This document shows, piece after piece, positions 38,745 to 52,600 of a stretch of DNA of 64,000 bases. A program made the translations under genes and the position numbers. Below the pieces are notes generated by a model. That model saw only the letters and a program-made list of their open reading frames with translations, did not search any database and had not been told where the DNA came from. This DNA is from Mobula hypostoma (Eukaryota): NCBI RefSeq assembly GCF_963921235.1, contig NC_086097.1, positions 111,788,001 through 111,852,000 of the forward strand, read 5' to 3'. Each line of letters starts with the position of its first letter. Position 1 is the stretch's first letter.

Positions 38745-39375
38745 CAGACATCCCACCTCTCCTGGAAGTTCCGGGAGTCTCCCTCATATTGATAGTGGCT
38801 CCCTGATGCCTGGAAATGATATACAATATTCCGCAAATCGATTTTTTTTTTGAGAGGGAGAGCGAGAGCGAGTATCCTGATTGGTTTCCCTTCGTGCTAA
38901 GTAGACCTATCAGTTTTCTCTGTGGGCGAGCTTTACAGTCGACCTCAAAAATGATGAGTGTTGCTTGCTGCACTGTTTGTAACAGTGACTTTTCTATTGC
39001 CCGTGGTGAGTTAAAATGTAAAAGACATGTTGAGGTGAGTTTTAACAGGTGTCATTCGTTCATTAACGTAGCTAACGTTATTTAAACTAGCTGGCTAGCT
39101 GCTAAGGGGCTACTCTATTGATGTCCTACATGATGAAGCCAAACTCCCTGTAGACTTGCTTAAAGTTGTGATAGAATAAACATGATAATATAATATAAGT
39201 ACATATTTTAATGCCACATTTTCTGCATATACCCAACTTGGCTTACAGATTAGACAAAATCACTGAACAAAGAACCCTTGGAGGTCGACGGGGGGAGGGG
39301 GGTGGGAGATGTGGGGTTGCGGGGGGGGGGGGCTGCTACCTCCCTGAAATGAGTTTTTGCAGGGTGGGATGTCTG
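38745..39375 (+). mobile_element. Non-autonomous hAT-like DNA transposon with a BED-finger remnant
   Basis: TIR cagacatcccacc / ggtgggatgtctg; flanking 6-bp repeat ctgaac; peptide CTVCNSDFSIARG...CKRHVE. Confidence 0.75.
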
Positions 39376-41142
39376 CTGAACTAAAGAGTGGTGGAAGCTC
39401 AGTTAGCAGTAACTTCCTAAAGGAAATTTGATAAATATTTAAAAGTGAATCAAAATTCAACGATGGTGTGTGTGGGGTGGGGGTGGTGGGGTGTCGTTGG
39501 AATGGAGAGGCAATTGAAACTTGGACTAATTAGAAAAAAATTCAGAGAGCTGATGCAGCTTTAATGGACATTACAGAAAGTCTTTTTCTTCAGTTGTAAG
39601 GGTCAATAGTTCTTTGAAGCTGTTGTGATTTGCACTGGGAACCTTGATCTATTTTATTTTCCTAAAAATTTAGTTTGTTGACATGGAGATTATTTTTCAA
39701 CATCTAGACTTCTATTTTGGTTATGATCAGATAACTGATGCAAACTAATAATTGATTATGGGACCTGTCAGCCTGTATTTCTCAGACTCCTTGCTTTATT
39801 CTATATAATAAGTAGCAGTGCACAAATCATTTTTGAATCTCTATTTCATGAATTTGTATTTTTAATGTTGACAGTGATTACTAATATGTTCTGAGCCGTT
39901 GCTGAGACAAGCTGAACAGGTGTTTATACTGTGCTGGGGAATATTTTTGGTTTCTGGAAAATGGAATTTGTATCTGTAAAGTGCAAATTCGACTGCATTA
40001 AAGAGACAGAAATACCTTTGTCTCGGAAGTTATGCTTTAAATACTGTATGTGCTTAAGCTCTTGGGTGGTGTAAAACTTTATTTTTGAATTTTTCAACAT
40101 GCAATAGTTTCCTGAAGATGATCTATTTCAGATAAAATAGCTCCCATGCTGTAAGAACATTCTTTGCAAATGTCATTTTAAACATGGAGAAATGCATGGT
40201 GAATATCCTTCTTTTTCAATTGTCAGACAACAGCTTCAGATTTCCATGAGGCTATCTTTAAGTTTCATGATTAAAAGAGTTGTGATGTGGTACAGGAAAA
40301 TGAAAATCCTATCCCTTCAGCTTTGGATTCTGTATGTTATTTTTACCACAATTTAGCTGGCCAGTTTTCAGGCTGTGTAAAAAATTTCCTGCTCAGTGCA
40401 ATGGATGGTCTGTGCACCTGTTTAAAAAAAAGAACACACACAGAGGGAACATTGCCCACCACATTAAACTAATAACAAGATATATTTGGGTCGAGTTCAG
40501 TGAAGGCTTGAAGGTTGCAGAATACAGCAAGTGGAAAAGATAATTTAGAAGCAAGTGTAGTTGATTTGCTGAGTGTGATTATATTCTTGTTTAGTTTAGG
40601 AATGACTCTCTTCCTGTAATTAGAATGACCTTCTTGCCTGTGTTTGACCTTAATGCTTCTGATTGTCTTGCAGGTGGGCATGTTCATGACCATGAATTGA
40701 TATTGAGCAGATGAAATTGCATCTAGTGGAAATGTTTTTTTCTGGTCAGAGCATTAATCAGCTAGTGAATCTTTGCAGTGTGTTCCAAGAGATAAGATTA
40801 AAATAAGTAACAAAGTAATAGAGACCTAATGGGCATGGGGCTCTCCAAAGGCCTTTGAAAGATTCCAAGAAACTGTTCAATAAAGTTAGTGCGGATGGGA
40901 ATGAACATAATAAAAATCACGTGCATTAAGGACTTCTAAAATGATGGTGGGAATAAACTAATCATTTTCTGGTCGGAAGGCTAAACTATTGAAGGTATGA
41001 AAACATTGTAATAGGAAACAAGCTGTTCACAATCTTAATTATTTGCATGAGGAACTGATGTAATAAATGTAACTTTTATATTTCAAAGTTGAATGTGGTG
41101 GGAATTAAAAGGAGCATGCCAAGAAACTTCTATGGGATATAG

Positions 41143-41544
41143 TCGTCGTCGAGGATGATGGTCTTTGTTCTGAAGAAGTGGCCCACAGAGCGAAGACGCC
41201 TGTGCATGTATTTGTTTAATGTGTACGTGATGTTGCACTCCAAGAAGCACACGATGCTTCACAAATCAACCAACTGATTCCAATGGCATGGAAACCACAA
41301 CGATGGGAGCTGATGGATTTGTTGCAGCCTTCATTCGCCTTTATGGTCGTTGAGTTCGAAGTAACTTCGTCCGCCTGTTCCACCGTTGAGGTCTTGGTTG
41401 CATTGTTCTTTGTCAGGGACCTCACCCTTGACCTTACCACCATGGGTGACCCTACCAGGAGCATGGCTCCAGACAGCATTGCTGTCGGGATCACAGGACC
41501 ACACAAGCTTCTCCACCGCAACAAGGTGACAATCCATGGAGAAG
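41143..41544 (-). mobile_element. Short RTE-like retroposon inserted in an old CR1
   Basis: 11-bp TSD atgggatatag (41132-41142, 41545-41555); (gac)n tail on the minus strand. The family label is tentative. Confidence 0.6.
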
Positions 41545-43559
41545 ATGGGATATAGATAAGCTAAATGAATGTGTGAAGACTTGGCAAATGAAATATTATG
41601 TAGAAAAGTGTGGAGTAATATGCTTCAACATAAAGAATAGAAAGATAGCATATTTTTAAATGGTAAGAGATAAAAAGCTGTTGGTGTCAGCAGGAATTTC
41701 TTGTCCTTGTAAATGAATCACTGGTGCTAAACCTGATGTGACAGTAAGTAATTAGAAAGGCAAGCAGTATGTTAACCTTCATTGAAAGAGGATTTGATTA
41801 CAAGAGTAAAGACCTTTTTTTGTAATTATACAAGTCCCTCCTGAAATCACTCTAGGAATATTGCATACAAGTCTGGTGTCCTTACCTGGGAAGAGGTATG
41901 CTTATAATAGAGCTAATGCAACAGATGTTCTGCAGATCGATTCCAATGTGAGTGGAATGTGCTATGGGGAAGATTAAACAGTTTGGGCCTATAATTTCCT
42001 GAATAATAAGAGACAATTATTGAAACATTTAAATTCTTGTAGTGCTTCACAAGATAGTTGCTAATGACCAAAGGTTGACATGACACCAGGATTCCAGATA
42101 TTAACAACTGGAATTTTAGTATCTTGCTGATGCCTTGATTTTCGACAGCCAGTCGTGTGAGTTTCATTTAAAGCATCATGGCAAACCTAAACCAAAAATT
42201 AAACATGGGTAGATAATAAGATTTAAAGTACATTATTATCAAAGTATGTACGCAGAATACAACAGTTTCGTGGCTGCTCGCAGAAGGACGAATCTCAAAG
42301 ACCTCAGAACCCTTTGAAGAAAATATCACACAGCGAGCACACGAAGAAAGAACAAATTGTGCAAATGGCAAAAAGCAAGCAGACAACACTAATAATATCA
42401 AACATCAAACCAGGAATCCAGCAGTATTCAGTTTAGTTCAGTTCAGCGTTGCGTTGTGCTGCTGGCCCACTGCAGCCTGCAGGGCAAAGCATTCTTTGCT
42501 GAAGTGCTCCAGACCACATCGATTGCTTCAATTAAACCACTCAAAAACAGCAAATCAAATTAACCCGAATCCAGGAATGCATGCAACCTGAACCCAGAAG
42601 TCCCCCAATACGAGTCCACAGTCTCTCCGATCAATCCTTGTAATATGGATCCCAGGACTACTGCACCTTCCTTCGAAAACAGCTAGTGGGATGGAGAGGA
42701 AGACAGGTCAGGAGCAGGCAGACGGTGCTGTACACCTGCCTGTCCTCTGCTCTTGTTCTTATCGCCTTCAACCTTGCTTGATGCCTCAGTTGGAGATTAG
42801 CAGCTCACGCCCCATCTCCAGGCTTCCAGGCTATACACTCCGCTCCAAACATCACCAAACTTGCTCAGAGACAGCAAAGCACCTGATCATTCAGTCAGTC
42901 CAAAAACAAACTGTCAAAGTGGTTCCAGTCACATGCATTTTAGTTGTAGAATCATTTTGAAAGTAGAGGAAGTAAAAGAAGTAGTTTCGTGAACTGTCCG
43001 CAGGATGTCGCCGTCGGTCACATTGTTCACTGGTGCCATCTGGAAACAATCAATATATAATGGTAACTCCAGTGAACAGTTAGCACACAGCCGCATGACA
43101 TGCATACAGTGCTCTCATATGATGTATGGTGAAACAGACACCTGATGCACTCAAATGTTTCTGCTGCTCAGACAAGTCTTGAGCACTGCAAATTCTGAAA
43201 ATCTAATATCCATCTTCGCTGTTGAACCTTGCTTTCAGGACAGGATGCCTGTTCAGCAGGTAGTTGAAGAATAATAATAAGATGAAGGAAGGCTTTGTGT
43301 TTATCTTTAAATTGATCTTATTGTGCTATAGTTTACCAAACCTCATGTTCCATTCATTAACCCGTTTCCCCTGTGCTACGATGCAGATGTAGAGGCCACC
43401 ACAAATTTTCATATCAAATTTGTAAGTGAAATCATACCTGAAGATTAAAAAGGTAGAATTCCATGGCAGTTTTTCAGAGTTCGACTGCGACTTATTTCTG
43501 AGCGGGATTCATTCGAAAGGGCAAATAAAAATAATGCAAGTGCCAGTGGAGTAGCTATT

Positions 43560-45365
43560 CTTGTGAGTGGGTCAGTGTTTAGAGTGGCTTTGGTGCATCA
43601 GGCTTAGGCAAGGATAAGTATCTGGTAAGTTTCTCTTTTTGTTCTTAATTTCTCATTGCTCATCTTTTAGTGCAGTGAGAGTGGCTTTGGGGCAGTGTAT
43701 GGTACTGTGTGTGAGATGTGGGAATTCTGGGAGACCTCTAGTCTCCTGGATAAAGATGTCTGCATCAGGTACACAGAGTTGCAGCTCCTCAGAGAATGTA
43801 TTAAGGAACTGGAGCTGTGTCTCATTGACCTTTGGCATGTATGGGAGAATGGATTAGAGCTACAGGGAAGTAGTCACCCCTACATTGCAGGAGACAGGTA
43901 ACTTGGTGACTGTCAGGAGAAGGAAGGGAAATGCACAGGCAGTGCAGAGTATTCCTGTGGCTGTTCCCCTCAATAGTAAGTATACCACTTTATATACGGT
44001 TGAGGGGTACAGCCTATCGGGGGGGGGGGGGGAGCTTCAGTGACCAAGCCTTTGGCACTGAGTTTGGTGCTGTTGCTCAGAGGAGAAGAGAGATGAAATG
44101 AACTGCACTGGTGATGGGAGATTCCATAGTCAGAAGAACAGGGATGAGATTCTGCGGGCTCGATAGAGAAACCTGGATGGTACATCGCCTCGCAGGTGCC
44201 AGGGTCTGGAATGTCTTGGATCAGGCCCATGGCATTCTAAAGGGGGAGGGTGAGCAGCTAGAAGTCATGATACATATTGGCACCAATGACCTAGGTAGGA
44301 AAGTGAGGAGTTCTGAAGAGAGATTTTAGGAAGCTAGGTAGAAAGCTGAGAAACAGGACCTCCAGGGTAAATCTCTGGATTGCTGTCCATGCCATGCGCC
44401 AGTGAGGATAAGAATAGGATGATTTGGCAGGTGAATGTGTGGCCGGGGAACTGGTAATGGGTAGGGGTTCAGATTTATAGGTCATTGAGATCTCTTTGGG
44501 GGAAGGTATGACCTGTACAAAAGGGACAGGTTACACTTGAACCCAAGGGGGGGCCAATATCCTTGTGGACAGATTTGCTTGAATTGTTTGGGAGAGTTTA
44601 AACTAATTTGGCAGGGGGATGGAAATGGAGTGATACTGCTGAGTATGTGGTAGTTGGTTTACAAACAGGCAATGTGTAGTGAAACTGGTAGCAAGGAGAG
44701 GCTGATGATAGGGCAAAATTGCAGTCAACAGGATGAGTTGCAATGCAAAAGGTGGATAAAATCGAGAAGGGTGAATACAAGACTGAAAGTATTGTATTTG
44801 AACGCGGGCAGTATATGGAATAAGGTAGATGAACGTAGCACAGTTACAGATTGACATGTATGATATTGTGGTCATCACTGAATCGTGGCTGAAAGAAGAT
44901 TATAGCTGGGAACTTAATGTCCAAGGACACACATTGTATCGAAAGAACAGGCAGGTAGGCAGAGGGAGTGGCATGGCTGTGTTGGTAAAAATGAAATCAG
45001 ATCATTAGAAAGAGGTGACATGGGGTTAGAAGATATTGAGTAATTGTAGGTAGAACCAAGGAATTGTAAGGGTTAAAAGCCTCTGCTAGGAGGTTTAGAA
45101 TGGCGATGAGGAGGAATCTATTTAGCCAAAGAATGGTGAATATGTGGAATTTGTTGCCTCAGGTGGGTGTGGAGGCCAAGTCATTGGGTATATTTAAGGC
45201 AGAGGTTGATTGATTCTTGATTTAGTCAGGGCATGAAGGGATACAGGAAGAAGGCAGGAGATTGGGGCTGACAGAGAAAATGGATCAGTCATGATGGAAT
45301 TGCAGGGCAGACCTGATGAGCCAAGTGACCTAATTCTTCTCTAATATTTTATGGTCTTATGGTTT
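43560..45365 (+). mobile_element. Internally deleted CR1 LINE (ORF1 SGNH esterase, endonuclease start, 3' end)
   Basis: CTVCEMWE, MGDSIVR, GARV, HIGTND, LYLNAGSIWNK; CR1-type 3' end at ~45100-45365. Confidence 0.85.
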
Positions 45366-45990
45366 TTATGCTTGTTAATTTAATATTAATACTAATGTAT
45401 CGTGCAAGAGTGGGCTTCTTGATCACCTTTTGTGTGTATGCATGTGTCAGTACTGTTACATACAGTATGTCATTGTAGTTAATGTCTGATGGAAGGCAGA
45501 GTAATTTCAGTGGGGAGCACTGCACATCACTGTGAACTGTCTGGGCACAATCGCATGACTATAACAACAGTTTAGGTTGATGAAAGACAGGCAACAACAA
45601 AATAACTTGTAGCATTTGTGAAAAATAACTCCATGGTCAAAGCTACAGTGCCTATAAATCTTATTAATCTTCTAATCCTTCAGTGTTTTGTTATCCTGAT
45701 TTATTTTGTTTCTTCAATTCATGTACTTGTAGCAGCAATTAAACCACTGCTTCTCATCCCTGAAAGAGGTACAGATGTGTTTTAAACACTTAAGTCTAGC
45801 CTTAACCTCAGCTAGACACTTGAATATTGGTACACACTGGTGTGTTCAACTAATCAGCACCTTGTTGGATTTGGTTGAATGCTGAACATATTGAGAATAT
45901 GTGAATAGGGCATGTTCTGATACTATGTCATGACATCTGTTTTGTAATGTTGCTCTTAAAAATGGTAACTATTAAACTTTTCTGTCACAG

Positions 45991-46193
45991 TTTTCAGGAA
46001 TTTGATATACAGACCTCAGCTTGGTGTAGTTCAGACTGGTTAACTATAGGAACACGTAAAAGCATCGAAGGAATTCGGGTGTGTGGTTCGTCTATTCCAG
46101 CACCATTTATTTCTTCAAAAGGCCATGTCTGGATTGAGTTTCATTCAGATGACAGATACACTGGAAAAGGCTTCAGGCTCTCTTATGTGATAG
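45991..46193 (+). CDS. LRP12: LRP12 exon 4 (203 bp; second half of CUB1)
   Basis: tctgtcacag|TTTT ... ATAG|gtaaat. Translates FQEFDIQTSAWCSSDWLTIG...VCGSSIPAPFISSKGHVWIEFHSDDRYTGKGFRLSYVI(G); phases match exons 3 and 5. Confidence 0.95.
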
Positions 46194-47079
46194 GTAAATA
46201 CGGAATTGGTATATCTTTTGAAAAATGAATGTAGGATGTTTTACAGCCTTATTTAACAACGTTCAGACATACAATCCACCGATATCTCTGAGTTGTTTCC
46301 GTACAGGTCTTTTGTATATCCCCAGTTTAAATTATCTTGTGGATGAGCTAGGAAGTTGAGGCCGTATGGTTAATCTCTAGCCATATCCTGGAACATTGCC
46401 TTACCCTGACTCTACAAACTCATTCTTCCACTTGCTTCTTCTCGACTTCACATTTTTAGTCATCTTCTGGCTTATATCCCACATTCTATCTTATATAAAT
46501 TTGAAACCATTCAAAATAGCTGCCCGTTTCCTAACTCTGTCCAAACACTCATGTGTACAATGAATTATGTTAGCTTTGGTTTAAACAATGTCGCTGTTTT
46601 AATTTTCTTACCTTTGTGTCTTAATTCTCTTCTTTGTATCCTCCTACAGTCCTACAGCTTGCTAATATCTCTGTGTTCCTCCAAGTATGATTGCTTGAGC
46701 ATTCTGATTTTTACTAAGAACTTTAGTGGCTGTGAATTAAACTGCCATGGCCCATACCTTCTGGTATTCTCTCCCTAACCAAAATTTTTGGTCATCTGTC
46801 CTTTTTAACTTCCTTTCTTTTGGATTGGCACTGAAGTTTGTTTTAAAATGTTGCTATTGATGAACTCACATATATCATTATTATTATGGATTACCATATT
46901 GTTGGAGAAGGCTGGAGTATGAGATATCTTTGAACTTGGGTGTGTTGAGATCTTGCATCTCAGATCATTCTTTGAGTATATTCTTCAATTTTATATGTAT
47001 AATATTGCAAGGGCATGTGTATTTAAGGAAATGCTTCCTTAATTTGTATTAAACTGACATTTGCATGTCATCTGAGGTT

Positions 47080-47262
47080 CCTCCCCTCCCCCCACCTTCT
47101 TCCTCTGACGTCTCTTTTTTTCTCCAGCCCTGACAGAGGGTCTTAGCCCAAAATGTCAACTGCTTGCTCTTTTCCGTAGATGCTGCCAGTCCTGCTGAGT
47201 TCTTCCAGTATTTTGTGTATGTTGCTTGGATTTCCAGTATCTGCATATTTTCTCTTGTTTGT
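47080..47262 (+). mobile_element. Decayed Penelope-like 3' end (other decayed copies at ~13127-13200, 48143-48235, 63705-63780)
   Basis: Degenerate cctgacagagggtcttagcccaaaatgtcaactg motif followed by the family terminal sequence and tail. Confidence 0.65.
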
Positions 47263-48352
47263 GGTAGTACACATTAATTGGCAATAATATTAATCATAAT
47301 GAATTAATGAACAGATTGGATTGCTCATTTTTGGAGTTAAGGGGTGTTCAGAAATTCACAAATACATAAAGACTGAAGATTTTTCTTGGGCTGCAGGAAT
47401 GCAGGTTCTTGTCCAAAGTGTTCTTTTTCCCCATTATTTCACTGTTACTAAGATTTAGAAAGTACTTGCATTGTAGAACAGCAATGTTTTCGCAGTGAAA
47501 TTTTAGAGCATTTCAACAGGGAGGAAGGCCCATGACAGAGCCAAGTACAGGACCAGAGCAACGTGGCACGAATTATCTTCTATAATTTTCATGTCTGAGA
47601 TTGCGTGAAGAAATCTCATGCACCATTCTTTGGCAGTACTTGCCTTCCATTAATTACTTACATTCATTATGTCCCCAAACTAGCTCTTTATCTTGCTCCC
47701 TTAAATGCAGGGGTCACGCCGCAATAGAATGAAACTGTTAAAGAAGGGTGAATGTGTCATTAGAAAATAACAGTGAAAATGAATGAATGATATTTCTGCT
47801 GTCATTGATTATTTTTGCTAGCAAACAACTGGAATAAGGCTTTCTTAGATAATCCATTTTAACCTCTTGTGCTCCTCCTTAAATATCACATGCTTAGTAC
47901 AAAGCATCATGCGGAACTAAAAGCACATTTTGCCTTTTGAGTGGTTAAAGTGACAGCTGCTTTTATGAGGAGGAAAATTATAAGAGTACCAACAGCATTG
48001 ATTTTAATTGTTCAGGTTTACAGCTTTACATTCTGTATGCTATGCTTCCTGCAGGGTAAAAATGGGTACATATGTTAGAATGCTTCATTAGCTATAGAAT
48101 GTTTTAGGCTGTCTTAAGATTGTGAAAAGTGTTAAATAAATGTAACACACATAAAATGCTAGAGGCAGCATCTATGGAAAGGAATAAAGAGTCGCCGCTT
48201 TAGGCTGAGACCCTTCGTCAGGACTGGAAAGGAAGCGGCATTCAGTAACTTTTGTTGAGGAATTCTAATGAAAGAACTGTAAGAAAAATTTTTTGAAGTT
48301 TTTATTTCTCCAGCTACTTGCTTTTCACATTGTGATTTAATTATATTTTCAG

Positions 48353-49454
48353 GAAGGTCTGTGGAGGCAAGCTGTAACTGGGACCAGTTCCACTGCAATA
48401 ATGGAAAATGTATCCTAGATATCTGGAAATGCAACTCCATGGATGAGTGTGGGGATAATTCTGATGAAGAATTTTGTGAGCTGTCAATGCCCCCTACTGA
48501 TTTCCCATTTCAGCCTTGCACTTATGATCAATTCCAGTGCCTTTCCCGATATACAGCATCTTATACATGTTTACCTGAATCCCTGCGATGCGATGGAAAT
48601 ATTGACTGCCTTGATTTGGAAGATGAAATAGATTGTGATGTTCCTAGTTGTGGTGAATGGCTAAGAAACTTTTATGGCACGTTTAATTCTCCAAATTATC
48701 CTGCCTTTTATCCTCCTGGAAGCAACTGTACGTGGCTAATAGATACGGGAGACCGACGTAAAGTTATTTTACGCATTAATGATTTGAAGCTGGATGGCAT
48801 AGGCTATGGGGATTATATAAAAGTGTATGATGGTCTGGAGGAAAATTCACACAAGTTGCTCCGCGTTCTAACGCCCTTTGACTCCCGGACACCAATAACG
48901 GTTATCTCCTCTTCGGGTCAAGTTCGCATACATTTCCATGCTGACAAAGTGAATGCAGCTAGAGGTTTTAATGCCACTTACCAAGTTGAGGGATTTTGCC
49001 TTCCATGGGAAATTCCCTGCGGAGGTAATTGGGGTTGCTATTTTGAACAGCAGCGCTGTGATGGTTATTGGCACTGCCCAAATGGACGAGATGAACACAA
49101 CTGCAGCTCATGCCAGAAGGACGAATTCCCCTGTTCCCGCAGTGGTGTGTGCTACCCTCTGGCTGACCGTTGTAATTACCAGAATCATTGCCCAAATGGC
49201 TCTGATGAGAAGAACTGTTTCTTTTGCCAACCTGGTAATTTTCACTGCAAGAATAACCGCTGCGTTTTTGAGAGTTGGGTGTGTGACGCACAGGACGACT
49301 GTGGTGATGGCAGTGATGAAGAAAACTGTCCTGTGATCATCCCCACCAGAGTTATAACTGCAGCAGTCATTGGAAGTTTAATCTGTGGGTTGCTGCTTGT
49401 GATTGCTCTAGGATGTACCTGCAAACTTTACTCTCTCAGAATGTTTGAACGCAG
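48353..49454 (+). CDS. LRP12: LRP12 exon 5 (1102 bp; 2 LDLa, CUB2, 3 LDLa, transmembrane helix)
   Basis: attttcag|GAAGG ... CGCAG|gtaagt. Contains FCQPGNFHCKNNRCVFESWVCD and PTRVITAAVIGSLICGLLLVIALGCTCKLYSLRMFERR, which match recalled LRP12 better than LRP3 or LRP10. Confidence 0.97.
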
Positions 49455-49629
49455 GTAAGTTCTGAATTATGATACCATATTTGTTGTGAATAAATTAAGA
49501 AGTACAGTTCTTGTAAAACAAAATTATTTCATATAATCTAAAGAAATATTTTCAGATACTCTGTGCCTGCTTTAGAATGAAGGTGGAAGCATCTTCCTGT
49601 CTGACCGGTTTTAAGTATTTTGGTGGGAT

Positions 49630-52600
49630 TGTTATGGCGGGAAAGGTTTCACTGCTAACATAATAGTCTTTCTGTAGAATCAGCATTTGGGTTATGGTTA
49701 GAGATAACGGATGCTTTGGAATGTGAGTTGGGTCTGTTATTTGGCATGAGAGGAAGAGAGAAGACATTGGAGAGAACCAGTTGTAGGATATGACCCGGTG
49801 GGGAAATCATGTTTCGATGGAGCCGAGTGGTGAGGTTGACTGAGGATCAGTGAATTGAGTTACAACTGGTGCACATTTGACTGTTTAACTATAAAGGGCC
49901 CTTTTTGTTTTTTCAGTTCTGGCAAAGGGTTTTGGCCTGAAATGTCAACTGTACTTTTTCCCATAGATGCTGCCTGGCCTGCTGAGTTCCTTAGATTTCC
50001 AGCATCTACAGATTTTCTCTTGCTTGCCTTTTTGTTTTTACTTTCTTTTCTTTACTAACCCTTTAGTTAAGATTCATAAATGTAATTCCTTTAATCATAT
50101 GCAGTGTGCTGTCTGTTATTTCTTGGCACTGAGTTGTAACAGGGTTGCAAATTACACAGCATCCACACAAACCAAGGTTTGGGGTGGGAGAGCCGTCTCA
50201 ATCTCACGTGTTTGGCAGGACTGGACTGTGTCTTCCCTAGATTTGCGCAGCCAGGGAAACCGAGGGTTTCATTTGTGGGGGCTTGTCTAGGATCGATTTC
50301 GTTGGATGCTGTGTGATTGCCCTGGGTTGTGTGTTTAAGCCTATTGTCTGGTAAAGTGATTAAGAAGCATGGTTATAGATGCTGCAGGAGTTGAGCAGTG
50401 GTGCAAATCCACGGGTTTACCAGTAACGAATGTGTGGGTGTATTGAGTGGGGTAGACATTCGTATCCCCAACAAATTGTTTAAGTACCATTAAACCATTA
50501 CAATCATGGAGCAGAGGTTTGACAAAATGATGGAAAAGACTTTGTTTTAGTTCAGACTACTGCTGACGTAATAGCAGTGGAACTGCCTGGTACTATTGGG
50601 TCCGCAGGAGAGGTGGGGGCCATGGGCTGTCCATACTTTCTGGGGGGAGAGGAGTGTAGGTGAGCGTGTCAAATTGGAAGCAGCTTCCTGTAGCTGGGGG
50701 GCGGAGACTTTAAAGACAAGTTGCTCCGGAGTGAGAGGAAGGAGTGGTCTGATGTGGAAGGTCTAATGAGTCCTCCAGCATGGGCTGAGCATTCTGAGTT
50801 GGTAATGGCCTTTGCCTTCCTGGCGAATAAATGGCAAAATGCCCAGGTTCAGAGTCCCAAGAATGTTCTCAGGAATGAAGCCCACCCCAAAGGGGAAGAG
50901 AAGTATGAGACTTGGGCAGAGCAGACCTCTCAGGTGCTGGATGAGTGGCAGTGCTCTGATGACGTGAAAAGATAGCGATTGGTAGAGAGTTTGAGGGGGC
51001 AGGCTGCTGATGTAGTGAGATCCCTAAAGACACAGAAACCCTTTGTTATGTATGTGGGTTACATGCAGGATGCGCTGGCCTGTCTGAAGACAGCACTCAT
51101 ATGTCCACTGGGGTTCATCCAGTTTGAAAGGATGCCTCAGGGCGTATCAGGAGTCCCGGCACCTTTCCAGCATGTCATGGAGAAAATGGTGGGGGATGTG
51201 AACTTGAGGTATTGGTGTACCTGGATGATCTCATAGTGTTCGAGTCCACCTTGGAGAAACATGAAGTAAGGGTACTGAAGGTACTGGGCCTCCTGAAAGC
51301 TGACAGGTTAAAACTTTACCTGGACAAGTGCCAGTTCTGCAAGATGTCTGTCACCTATGTTGGGCACATAGTCTCACAGAGTGGAGTAAGTACAGAGCCA
51401 TCTAAGATAGAGGCGGTGACCACATAGCCAAATCTGCAGACTTGTCAGTGCTTTGCGCTTGTTCCTTGGATTTTGTGGATACTATTGTAGGTTTGTGAAG
51501 GACTACTCAAAAATGATTCACCCTTTAAATTAGCATCTGTGCAGTTACCCTCCATCAGGGAAGAAAGGGAGGACAAAAGGAGAGGATAGTAAAGGTCATC
51601 TTAGATCTTCAGAGCCTTTTGAAGCGAGATGGATGCAAAATGTGAAGATGCCTTTCAGTTGCTGAAGGAGCTGCTGACGAAAGCGCCTGTGCTGGCTTTT
51701 GCAGACCCCCAGTTGCTGTATGTATTGAATACAGATGCCAGCAGAGAGGGCTTAGAGGGTGTCCTGTATCAGGATCAGGGCACAGGGTTGAGACCTGTCA
51801 CATTTGTCAGCTGAAGTTTGTCACCCTCTGAGTGAAACTACCCCATGCACAAATTGGAGTTCCTGGCATTGAAATGGGCTGTGTGGATAAGCTAAGTGAC
51901 TTGTGCTGCCAATTCCAAGGTGAGGACCCTTTAACTTGTACCCTGACCCCGGCGAAATTGGATGCCACAGGCCATCGGTGGTTGGCGGTGTTGTCTGTCT
52001 GTGATTTCAGCCTGAAGTACCAGCCGGGGAGTCAGAGCATTGATACCAATGCGTTGTCCCGATGTGCATATGAAGGGCTGGACAGGGACAGAGAGTGGGA
52101 GAGCGTTCCTGTCCCTGGAGTCAAAGCCATGTGCCAGTTTTCCATCACAGTGAAGGAAGAGGAAAGGCAAGGGCAGAATTGAGTAGTAGATCACTTGGGA
52201 GCTTCTAATGGTGCCATTCCGCTAGCTTACTGCAACCTGACTGCTCTGAAGACAAAGCAGTTGCCAGAATTGAGTCCTTGGGAAGTGGTAGGCACTTAGC
52301 GAGATGTCTCGTGCATTGGTACTCTTAGGTTTGTCAGCACTTGCGAAAGGGGACATAACCCAAGCAGAGGAGATGAAACACTCTGTGGTGTCTCTACTAC
52401 TAAGAGAATGGTCCAGATTGGAGTTAGGAACCAAATTTTATACTGGGTCATGTCACCTCCAGACCGGCCTCTGATACTTCTCAGACAGAACCAGCTGGTA
52501 GCACGGAGGATTGTGTGGAAGTCACTTGATGATGATTCTGGCCATTTGGGGGTTGATGAGACCTATGGGTTGCTCAGAGATCAGTTCTACTGGCCCTGAA

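Noticed and set aside
48361..49458. 365-aa ORF as a stand-alone gene
   Set aside because: It starts at an internal GTG and is bounded by splice sites; it is LRP12 exon 5.
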